A stretch of 52,182 nt of DNA from an uncultured Anaerolineae bacterium (GTDB lineage: Bacteria > Chloroflexota > Anaerolineae > Fen-1058), in contig CAYGWJ010000337.1 in NCBI GenBank assembly GCA_964353405.1, positions 1-52,182 on the forward strand, in the 5' to 3' direction. The notes beneath the pieces were generated by a model. That model made no database searches. It saw only the letters and a list, made by a program, of their open reading frames with translations, and was not told where the DNA came from. Each line of letters begins with the position of its first letter. Positions within the stretch are counted from its first letter, which is position 1. The position numbers were made by a program, and so were the translations under genes. Of the stretch, positions 45,301-52,182 are shown piece after piece.

Positions 45301-47588
45301 GCTTTTACCTTTTGACTCGCCAGGTCGGACAGCTTTTCAAGACGCGAACGGATGTCGAACGCCAGGTTGGTGACGGGGCTGCCCACCCATGAAGCCTTGG
45401 CGGCTTTATCCTGCGCCTGGATCACTTGCGGCGGCGTCGAGGCCGAAAGCAGCGTCGGCACGTCAAAACCTTTGACGTCCACCTTAGGTTCGAGCAATTC
45501 CTTTTCGAGCAAAAAGTAGAGCCTGGCAAAGCCGGGCGCCTGATCTTGAACGGCAAAGACAGATTCGTCCACGATGCCGATGCCTAGCGCGCTCTGAATC
45601 GGCTGGCCGCCCTGCAGCGTCGTCGTCATCGCCATGCGCGCCGTCTGGCCGGGGCGATACACGTCATGGTCGGCGCCAATGCCCACGTTCACTTCTTGCG
45701 CCTGATCTATCACAACCAGCCGCGTGTCACGCGCGAGGCCGGTACCCGGCATGACGACGTAAGCATGTAATTCGAGCGTGCCGAACATGGCCGTGTCCAG
45801 GTCAACTGCCAAGACCGCGCGACCATCTTTGATCGGCGCGCTGAACGCGGCGATGGTCTGTTGGTCTTTAACCAGATCAAGGTAGATTGCGCCGGACTGG
45901 ACGGTGGTCAACACTTCGGCCTTGAGCGTCTCGCCCACGCGATAGGCGGCGCGCTCGGTGCGGAGCAGCACTGTTCCGGCGCCAGCTTCGGTGTTGAGGT
46001 TGACGGTCTTGCGCGCCGATGCGCCGGTATTGTCCTGCGCGCTGATGTCGAGCGTCGTTCCTGTAGACGACGTGGGGACGAAGCGATATTCGGCCAGTCC
46101 ATATTCACCGGTCTGTAGGGGCGGGGTTACCCCGCCCCGAGCGTCATTAACGTTCACCGTCGCTTTGGCCGGGCGTCCATCGGGATATGAGACGAGGAGG
46201 TAGACAATGTTCTCCACACCCGGGCGCAGCGTGCCGCTTTCGGCAACAGCGTCAATCACCAGCGGGTCGCGCGCGATGGTGAGCACCTGGCTCACTTGTT
46301 CGCGGTGCTCGGCCTGATCAATGACCGCCACTTGCAGATCAAAGGTTGCTGTGCCCTTGTCGCCCGCGATGGCCAGCGGCGGCAGGTTGAACTCAAAGTG
46401 GAATTGTCCCTGGGCATTGGTCTGCCCAAAGAGCTCAACGGTCTGGCGGCGATTCGGGTCATATGTGTACCCATGCAGCTCAACGCGCGCTTCGGACGTG
46501 GGCTTGCCGAAAAAGTAGTCGGCCTGCACCTCACCTTTGACGCGCGCCCCGGGCGAATAGTACGGTCGGTCAGTCTCGATATTCACCTTGAACTTGGGCA
46601 ACACATACGGCTTGACCTCGACGCTGCGCTCGCTGGTCGTGTCGCCCAGCACGGCTTGCAGGTTGTACTTGCCGGTGATGAGCTGCGAGGCCAGTTGGAA
46701 ATCAGCGCTGGCGATGCCAAAGGCCGACGTGTTGACTTGTTGCCGGAAGACTTTGTCGCCGTTTGGATTGCTGGCGATGAACTCGATCCCCTGGCTGGCG
46801 ACGGCGTGATGGTCGAACGCATTCAGCGCCAGCGCGCGCAGGTGGATCATCTGGCCGGGCTGATAGATGGGCTTGTCGGTAGAGAGGTACAGCTTGTACG
46901 AGCGCTTGATCTGCACCGGGCGCTCGATATGATCTTGCCCCAGCGACGAACGGGTCCGCACGACGAGCGTGGCTTTGCCTTCCATGTCCGCCGGAATGTC
47001 AAGCGAGACGTTGGCCGAGCCGGTCGTGTCGGTCTTGCCGTTGTAGACGACGGGAGCTTGCGCACTTGTGAGTGTTACATTGACATCGGCTCCCGCGATG
47101 GGTTGACCGTCGCTCACCTTGCGCACGACGACACGCACACTGGCCGGGCTGCCGGGCGCGAATTGATCCTGGCCCATCACAATCGTCTCTTGATCGTCGG
47201 CGCGCGCGGTGAACGTCGTCGCGTTCCACGCGGCCACGCTAAAGATCGCCACGAGCAGCGCCAGCGTCGCCTGCGCCAGCGCATAGCGCCTTTTCACGAG
47301 CGGCTGGAACAGCTCGGCCAGGTTCACCAACAGCCCACGCAGCGAAGGGCGGTTTTGCTCGGCGCGGATGCGCTCGCGGGTGCGGACGCTGGCGGCATCG
47401 TTCAGCTTGACCTTCGACATGCGCGTCTTGAACGTGGTGTCCACATCGGCGTGAAACGATTGTGCGAGCGCCAGTTCCCCGCGGCACGACTCGCACTCGT
47501 CCAGGTGCGCCTTGACGCGCGAGGTCTCCTCCGGCGAAAGCGCGCCGTCGAGATAGGCAATGAGGTCTTGCGTCACATGACCCTTCAT
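42378..47588 (-). CDS. Zinc-finger anti-sigma (ZAS) / alpha-2-macroglobulin thioester protein fusion with internal 6-TM bundle
   Basis: YLDGALSPEE..HLDECESC (HxxxCxxC), then a TM. A2M motifs: TDKPIYQPGQ, YVLPKF, VDES, FFPET, DSITTW, FQDFFIDLDLP, MPDGCFEQT thioester, DLGVPPGF, VYDYYNP. Confidence 0.92.
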   Translation of the reverse strand: MKGHVTQDLIAYLDGALSPEETSRVKAHLDECESCRGELALAQSFHADVDTTFKTRMSKVKLNDAASVRTRERIRAEQNRPSLRGLLVNLAELFQPLVKRRYALAQATLALLVAIFSVAAWNATTFTARADDQETIVMGQDQFAPGSPASVRVVVRKVSDGQPIAGADVNVTLTSAQAPVVYNGKTDTTGSANVSLDIPADMEGKATLVVRTRSSLGQDHIERPVQIKRSYKLYLSTDKPIYQPGQMIHLRALALNAFDHHAVASQGIEFIASNPNGDKVFRQQVNTSAFGIASADFQLASQLITGKYNLQAVLGDTTSERSVEVKPYVLPKFKVNIETDRPYYSPGARVKGEVQADYFFGKPTSEARVELHGYTYDPNRRQTVELFGQTNAQGQFHFEFNLPPLAIAGDKGTATFDLQVAVIDQAEHREQVSQVLTIARDPLVIDAVAESGTLRPGVENIVYLLVSYPDGRPAKATVNVNDARGGVTPPLQTGEYGLAEYRFVPTSSTGTTLDISAQDNTGASARKTVNLNTEAGAGTVLLRTERAAYRVGETLKAEVLTTVQSGAIYLDLVKDQQTIAAFSAPIKDGRAVLAVDLDTAMFGTLELHAYVVMPGTGLARDTRLVVIDQAQEVNVGIGADHDVYRPGQTARMAMTTTLQGGQPIQSALGIGIVDESVFAVQDQAPGFARLYFLLEKELLEPKVDVKGFDVPTLLSASTPPQVIQAQDKAAKASWVGSPVTNLAFDIRSRLEKLSDLASQKVKAFIQLSGTLSKTLIILPLLALIVLIWGLRPSGVLGKAMRTVGKWSLLAILAAPFCAIGLYIGLWSANAILGPLAVILAALVWLSAWIAFAIYAWRNEDPRAQLMTGLTMAYTLLGVLMAYVAENGGDLKGRALTWTIVTFAGMILVLVIFGQGLRLEGKRPAAWASTLVGFLWLPIVITAALSGSHSLFVRTLGNPVAYAGPVGWLAGCSPAATPGAFDRQANPKIPAAATSAPAAAAPTRAPAPTQAPAAQPTVQVAKPAGQAAPAEPVRLRQFFPETMYWNPEALTDQDGRLKLDVPLADSITTWRLTALASTQNGQIGSQTYGLRVFQDFFIDLDLPVQLTVDDEVAVPVAVYNYLPESQQVKLELASAEWFDLMDDQTKTITIGANDIDVVYFRIRVKQFGLGRMTVTGRGTAMSDAIAKDVRVAPNGTQVRSSTSDLLTGDTEATVVVPAQAINGTARIQVKVYAGASAQIVEGLDALLRMPDGCFEQTLSTLYPDVLILDYLNRTGRAAPQVRMKAQTYIAAGYQRLLTYEVEGGGFSLFGNPPATLMHTAYGLMEFSDMQHVYAVDGAVIERTARWLLGQQSGDGSWGGQGSAGYMESWTTLKNDKLPTTAYITWALIEAGYGNESGTQRALSYLRSRWSEADDAYTLALVANALTAASDSTAQPALTKLASFATREQDTARWTARAQSFTGASGNVADIETSALATQALVSGKSNHDLAQAGLRFLTRSKDSFGTWESTQATILSLKALLAASSTDKPQPDATVSVSLNGRTPQTVRLTSENADVVHVVAFDDVQSGDNRVSLRVSGSNTENLMYQVTTSAYVPWSIATAPAQPPVEVKVTYDNANLFVGDEMTAKVDITLNKNAKVQWAIVDLGVPPGFDVLSEDLDALVSQSSQLATKVRRYELTGSQIILYMENLDYKISFGYRLRAKFPLKAQAPPSSVYDYYNPDVSGLQPPSLVSVQARP

Positions 47589-48196
47589 AGTTCCACCCCC
47601 GTACCCGTAGAGACGGCCCGCCGGGCCGTCTCTACCCGGGCCGTCTCTACCACAGGTGAGAGGCTTTTCTGCAAGGCCTGGTGCGCGTAAAACAGCCGCG
47701 ACTTGACCGTGCCCTGGCTGATGCTCAATGCCTCGGCGATCTCATCGTAGGCGAGGTCGGATAGATAACGCAACGCGATGATCTCTCGCTGCGCGTCGGG
47801 CAAGCCATCCACTGCCTGCCAGATCGCATCGCGCATCTCGCGCTTGAGCGCCGAGTGTTCGGGGTCGCCGTTGACGCCTGCGACCAGCTCGTCGGCCAGC
47901 TCGTCCCAGTCGGCAGAAGGCGGACGTTTGCGCCTGAAGCGGCTGCGGCAGCGGTTGACGGTGATGCGATACAGCCACGTCTCGAACCGCGCCGGGCCGT
48001 CTAGCTTGAAGCGCGGCAGGGCGTGAAGGAGATCGAGGAACGTCTCTTGCGTGGCTTCTTCGGCATCACCGCTGTTGCGGGTGACAAAGAACGCCACGCG
48101 ATAGACATAGTCCTTGTACCGCTCGAACAGCGCGTCGAACGCGCCGGGCTGGCCGCGTTGAAAGCGGCGGATAAGGTCATCGGTGGCAACAGGCAT
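47585..48196 (-). CDS. ECF RNA polymerase sigma factor
   Basis: AFDALFERY, DAEEATQETF, FETWLYRITVN, LPDAQREIIALRY..LAYDEIAEAL.ISQGTVKSRL; GGGGAGG RBS; ATGA overlap with the anti-sigma fusion. Confidence 0.96.
   Translation of the reverse strand: MPVATDDLIRRFQRGQPGAFDALFERYKDYVYRVAFFVTRNSGDAEEATQETFLDLLHALPRFKLDGPARFETWLYRITVNRCRSRFRRKRPPSADWDELADELVAGVNGDPEHSALKREMRDAIWQAVDGLPDAQREIIALRYLSDLAYDEIAEALSISQGTVKSRLFYAHQALQKSLSPVVETARVETARRAVSTGTGVEL
47607..47650. repeat. GTAG-type REP palindrome plus half copy inside the sigma factor 3' end
   Basis: gtagagacggcccg-c-cgggccgtctctac perfect 14-bp IR, then ccgggccgtctctac; encodes VETARVETARRAVST. Confidence 0.85.
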
Positions 48197-48232
48197 GGCC
48201 GCCTCCCCTCTGTGAGTCTGGGTTGCTGCTAA

Positions 48233-48262
48233 TTACACGCAGCAACGGGGGTAAATGTTCAA
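48233..48262 (-). promoter_or_regulatory. Putative ECF promoter driving the sigma/anti-sigma-A2M operon
   Basis: Minus strand TTGAACA-tttacccccgttg-CTGCGTGTAA. Confidence 0.8.
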
Positions 48263-48354
48263 TTTCAGTATATGCCCACTTTTGGGGATTGACAAGCCCC
48301 TTAATTCGGAGTAAAACCATTACGGAGCTAAGTGGGCAACCTGGCCCGGCGCGG

Positions 48355-48384
48355 TTGAACAAAATCGCCCCGACCTGCGTGTAA
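48355..48384 (+). promoter_or_regulatory. Putative ECF promoter driving the vWA lipoprotein
   Basis: TTGAACA-aaatcgccccgac-CTGCGTGTAA; boxes and spacing identical to 48233-48262. Confidence 0.8.
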
Positions 48385-48445
48385 CAAACAGATTCAACGA
48401 ACAAGCCGGTCACGCCGAACCGGCCCAGTATGCAGGAGGAAAAAA

Positions 48446-50119
48446 ATGAAGACCCGCTTGATGCTTAATATCTTATTCGCCGTCATATCTGTTGCCGTGT
48501 TGATTCTCCCTGCCTGTGCGCCTGCGGCAACGCCCGCGCCGGTTCAGGTGCAGAGCAAGCCCGGTGCCACGTCAGCACCCGCACAAGCTCCCAGAGCCGC
48601 CCAGCCGACCCAGGCGCCCGCCGCGCCCGGTGCGTTCGCTGCGACGCCTATCCCCGTCGCCGTGGTGCGCCGGCCAGGCTCCGGTGGACAGGTGATCGTG
48701 ACGCCCTCGTATCAAACGCCCAACCCCGACTTGCCGCCCGAGTCCTGGCCGGCCGACATGTTCTTCAGGCAGTATGGCGTCAACCCGCTGATGGACACCC
48801 AGGAGGAGCACCTCTCTACCTTCGCGATGGATGTGGACACGGCCTCGTACACCTTGATGCGCAAGTACATCACCGATGGCCGCCTGCCGCCGCCCGAATC
48901 CGTCCGCGTGGAAGAGTACGTCAACTACTTTAACTATGACTATCCTGGGCCGGAAACGGGTGCGTTCGCGATTCATCTCGAAGGCGCTCCATCGCCTTTC
49001 CGCGAGGGATACTATGTACTGCGTGTCGGCCTGCAAGGCAAGCGCATTGACGCTTCCCAGCGCAAGGACGCCGTGCTGACTTTCCTGATTGACGTGTCCG
49101 GTTCGATGGGCGACAACAACAAGCTGGAGACGGTCAAGCAGGCATTGGGCATGTTGGTCAATGAACTGCGCCCGACTGATATGGTTGGCATTGTCGTCTT
49201 TACCACGCAGGCGCGTGAGGTGCTACAGCCTACGCCCGCTTCGGAAAAAAGCCGCATCATGTCCGTCATCAATAGCCTGCGACCAGAGAATTCTACCAAC
49301 GTGCAAGATGGATTGACGCTGGCATACAAGATGGCCTCGCGCGCCTATCGCAAGGGCTTGATCAACCACGTGGTTCTGTGCTCCGATGGCGTCGCCAACG
49401 TCGCTGGCACGAGTGCGGATACGATTCTCGCGCAGGCCAAGGAATATGCCACACGCGACATTACCCTTTCGACCGTTGGCGTAGGTATGGGGAATTACAA
49501 CGATGTGATCCTGGAGCAATTGGCTGACAAAGGCAATGGCAACTATTCCTACGTGGACACACTCGAACAGGCGCACCGCGTGTTCGTGGAGAACTTGACC
49601 GGCACCCTGCAAGTCATCGCCAAGGATGCCAAAGTGCAGGTGGATTTCAATCCCGCCGTCGTCAGCCGCTTCCGCCTGATCGGATACGAGAACCGCGCGA
49701 TTGAGAATAAGGACTTTCGCAACGACACGGTGGACGCGGGCGAGGTCGGCGCAGGGCACAACGTTACCGCTCTGTACGAGGTCAAGTTCAAGGATGAGGT
49801 TCCGTCGAGCCAGCAGGGCAACGCGCTGATCGTGTACGTGCGGTATCAGGATATCGAGACCAGCCAGGTGCGTGAGATCAACCAGACATTTGGTCGCACG
49901 CAATTCGCCGGCTCGTTCGATGTGACTTCGCCGCGCTTCAAGCTGGCCGCCGCCGTGGCCGAATATGCCGAGATTCTGCGCAGCAGCTACTGGGCCAGAG
50001 GTTCGAGCCTGGAGAGTGTTCAAGGTCTGGCTCAGAGAGTGCGGCCGGCTTTGCCAAACGACCAGGACGTGGCCGAGTTCGCGCAACTCGTCAGCCGCGC
50101 CAGCCAGTTGCGCAAATAA
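48446..50119 (+). CDS. YfbK-like vWA lipoprotein (vWF_A + VWA + DUF3520)
   Basis: Lipobox LPAC; STFAMDVDTASY, VRVEEYVNYF.YDY, MIDAS DVSGSM, SDGVAN, IAKDAKVQVDFNP, LIGYENR, DAGEVGAGH.VTALYE. Confidence 0.95.
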   Translation: MKTRLMLNILFAVISVAVLILPACAPAATPAPVQVQSKPGATSAPAQAPRAAQPTQAPAAPGAFAATPIPVAVVRRPGSGGQVIVTPSYQTPNPDLPPESWPADMFFRQYGVNPLMDTQEEHLSTFAMDVDTASYTLMRKYITDGRLPPPESVRVEEYVNYFNYDYPGPETGAFAIHLEGAPSPFREGYYVLRVGLQGKRIDASQRKDAVLTFLIDVSGSMGDNNKLETVKQALGMLVNELRPTDMVGIVVFTTQAREVLQPTPASEKSRIMSVINSLRPENSTNVQDGLTLAYKMASRAYRKGLINHVVLCSDGVANVAGTSADTILAQAKEYATRDITLSTVGVGMGNYNDVILEQLADKGNGNYSYVDTLEQAHRVFVENLTGTLQVIAKDAKVQVDFNPAVVSRFRLIGYENRAIENKDFRNDTVDAGEVGAGHNVTALYEVKFKDEVPSSQQGNALIVYVRYQDIETSQVREINQTFGRTQFAGSFDVTSPRFKLAAAVAEYAEILRSSYWARGSSLESVQGLAQRVRPALPNDQDVAEFAQLVSRASQLRK

Positions 50120-50122
50120 GCC

Positions 50123-50209
50123 TGTCATTCTGAGCCGCCGAAGGTGGCGAAGAATCTCTCCCATGCAACAGAGACCCTTCGCCGCCCGAAGGGATGGCTC
50201 AGGGTGACA
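50123..50209. repeat. Intergenic TGTCATTCTGAG-type REP palindrome
   Basis: tgtcattctgagccgccgaaggtggcgaagaatctc...gagacccttcgccgcccgaagggatggctcagggtgaca. Confidence 0.85.
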
Positions 50210-50222
50210 ACACGAGAAACGC

Positions 50223-50256
50223 AAAAGGCCCCTCGCAGTCGAGGGGCCTTTATTTT
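50223..50256. terminator. Bidirectional terminator between the vWA gene and groEL
   Basis: aaaaggcccctcg-cagt-cgaggggcctttatttt. Confidence 0.85.
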
Positions 50257-50270
50257 CCTTACTTACGACT

Positions 50271-51908
50271 CTAGTAATCCATCCCGCCACCGGGCGGCAT
50301 CTGAGGCATTTCCTTCTTCTCAGGAATGTCGGTGATGAGCGCTTCGGTGGTGAGAATCATGGCGGCGATGGACGCGGCGTTCTGCACGGCGCTGCGCGTG
50401 ACCTTGGCCGGGTCAATGATGCCGCGCTTGACCAGGTCGGTGTATTCCTGCGCCATCACATCGTAGCCAATGTTCTTGTTCTTTTCTTCCTTCTGCCTGC
50501 TACGAATGTTCTCGAGGACGACGGCGCCGTCCATGCCGGCGTTCTCGACGATGCCCTTGAGCGGGGCTTCCAGCGCGCGGCGCACGATGTTGACGCCCGT
50601 CTGCTCGTCATCGTATTCCATCTTGACTTTATCGAGCACGATAGCCGCGTTGATGAGCGCCACGCCGCCGCCGACCACGATGCCTTCCTCAACTGCGGCG
50701 CGCGTCGCGGACAGCGCGTCTTCCACGCGGTGCTTCTTTTCCTTCAGCTCGACCTCGGTGCCCGCGCCCACGCGGACGATGGCGACGCCACCCGCCAGCT
50801 TGGCCAGCCGCTCTTGCAGCTTTTCCTTGTCATAGTCGCTGGTGGTGTTTTCCATCTCAGCCTTGATCTGCTCGATGCGGCCCTTGATGGCGGAAACCTT
50901 GCCAGCGCCGTCGATAATCGTCGTGTTATCCTTGTCGGCCACGACTTTGCCGGCGTGGCCCAGGTCTTCGAGCGTCACGGATTCGAGCTTGCGGCCCAGT
51001 TCTTCGGTGATGACCGTGCCGCCGGTCAGGACGGCAATGTCTTCCAGCATGGCCTTGCGGCGATCACCAAAGCCCGGCGCCTTGACGGCCAGCAGGTTGA
51101 ACATACCGCGCAGCTTGTTCAGCACGAGCGTCGCCAGAGCTTCGCCGTCCAGGTCTTCGGCGATGACGACGCAATCGCGCTTGCCCTTCTGGACGAGCTT
51201 TTCCAAGATCGGCACAATATCGCTGGCAGCCGAAATCTTTTTGTCGTGAATGAGGATGTAAGGCTCTTCGAGGACGGCTTCCATCGTCTCGGGGCTGGTG
51301 ACGAAATACGGGCTGATATAGCCGCGGTCAAACTGCATACCCTCGACGTATTCCTTCTCGAAGGCGAGGCCCTTGCTCTCTTCCACGGTGATGACGCCGT
51401 CCTTGCCAACCTTGTCCATCACTTCGGCGATGAGGTCGCCGATTTCACTGTCGGCGGCGGAGATGGAGGCGACGTGCGCGATGTCATTCTTGTCGTTGAC
51501 GGAGACGGATTGCTTCTTGAGCGAAGCCACTACCGCTTCGGTCGCGGCTTCGATGCCGTGCTTGATCAGCATCGGGTTCGCGCCCGCGGCGACCATCTTC
51601 AAGCCTTCGTTCACGATGGTCTGCGCCAGAACGGTCGCAGTCGTGGTGCCGTCACCGGCGACGTCGTTGGTCTTGGTGGCGGCTTCCTTGAGAAGCTGCG
51701 CGCCCATATTCTCGTACGGGTCCTTGAGTTCGATTTCCTTCGCAACGGTGACGCCGTCGTGCGTGACGGTGGGGGCGCCGAATTTCTTGTCGAGTGCAAC
51801 GTTGCGGCCTTTGGGGCCAAGCGTCGTGGCCACCGCAAAGGCCAGGGTGTCAATACCGGTCTTTAGTTTTCTTCGAGCTTCTTCGCTGAAAACGAGTTGC
51901 TTTGCCAT
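50271..51908 (-). CDS. groEL: Chaperonin GroEL
   Basis: [47 protein letters not shown]. Confidence 0.99.
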   Translation of the reverse strand: MAKQLVFSEEARRKLKTGIDTLAFAVATTLGPKGRNVALDKKFGAPTVTHDGVTVAKEIELKDPYENMGAQLLKEAATKTNDVAGDGTTTATVLAQTIVNEGLKMVAAGANPMLIKHGIEAATEAVVASLKKQSVSVNDKNDIAHVASISAADSEIGDLIAEVMDKVGKDGVITVEESKGLAFEKEYVEGMQFDRGYISPYFVTSPETMEAVLEEPYILIHDKKISAASDIVPILEKLVQKGKRDCVVIAEDLDGEALATLVLNKLRGMFNLLAVKAPGFGDRRKAMLEDIAVLTGGTVITEELGRKLESVTLEDLGHAGKVVADKDNTTIIDGAGKVSAIKGRIEQIKAEMENTTSDYDKEKLQERLAKLAGGVAIVRVGAGTEVELKEKKHRVEDALSATRAAVEEGIVVGGGVALINAAIVLDKVKMEYDDEQTGVNIVRRALEAPLKGIVENAGMDGAVVLENIRSRQKEEKNKNIGYDVMAQEYTDLVKRGIIDPAKVTRSAVQNAASIAAMILTTEALITDIPEKKEMPQMPPGGGMDY

Positions 51909-51926
51909 TTTATCTTCTCCCTCCGA

Positions 51927-52182
51927 TTACTTTACCACGATTGCAAGAATGTCGCTCTCTTTGAGGATGAGGACCTTCTTGTCATCGAGTTTGATTTCGG
52001 TGCCCGCATACTTGGCATACAGGACCGAGTCACCGAGCTTGACATCCATCGGGACGATCTTGCCGTCGTCATCGCGGCGGCCTGGGCCCACGGCGATAAT
52101 GGTGCCTTCCTGCGGCTTTTCCTTGGCCGTTTCGGGCAAAATAATGCCGCTGGCAGTGCGCTCCTCTTTTTCGAGCGGTTCA
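51927..52182 (-). CDS. groES: Co-chaperonin GroES (5' truncated)
   Basis: [40 protein letters not shown]. Confidence 0.98.
   Translation of the reverse strand, partial: EPLEKEERTASGIILPETAKEKPQEGTIIAVGPGRRDDDGKIVPMDVKLGDSVLYAKYAGTEIKLDDKKVLILKESDILAIVVK

Noticed and set aside
42894-47690. Long plus-strand ORFs (441 aa, 464 aa) antisense to the A2M gene
   Set aside because: Shadow ORFs from GC-rich codon bias; no motifs or RBS.
50730-51866. 378-aa ORF antisense to groEL, and similar shadows over tpiA, moxR, amrS and the vWA gene
   Set aside because: A familiar antisense artefact of conserved high-GC genes.

Overview
GC-rich bacterial chromosome segment, most likely Chloroflexota (Anaerolineae-like); this is inferred from C-terminal 'YLPLI/FLPVI+basic' motifs, large GT39 proteins and the repeat families. 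The backbone is housekeeping: a probable pgk 3' end, tpiA, LMW phosphatase, MoxR-DUF58-2xDUF4129, exonuclease-DinG, glmU-hlyC-cdd-tsaE-tsaB-rimI-udg, amrS and groES-groEL. Four accessory blocks stand out. (1) A 7.2-kb island bracketed by a duplicated pgk-like 3' end, carrying a split HTH-NB-ARC plus TPR pair and three secreted proteins. (2) An ABC-ATPase plus DUF4276 (TOPRIM-like) pair. (3) An AT-richer orphan DNA methyltransferase cassette. (4) The best candidate for an undescribed system: an ECF sigma factor translationally coupled to a 1736-aa zinc anti-sigma/alpha-2-macroglobulin fusion. The fusion has an intact GCFEQ thioester motif and a 6-TM bundle in the bait region. It faces a divergent YfbK-like vWA lipoprotein, and both transcription units carry the same TTGAACA-N13-CTGCGTGTAA promoter-like motif. 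Several REP-like palindromes and short tandem repeats sit in-frame inside genes. All domain calls come from motifs read by eye; no database searches were run.
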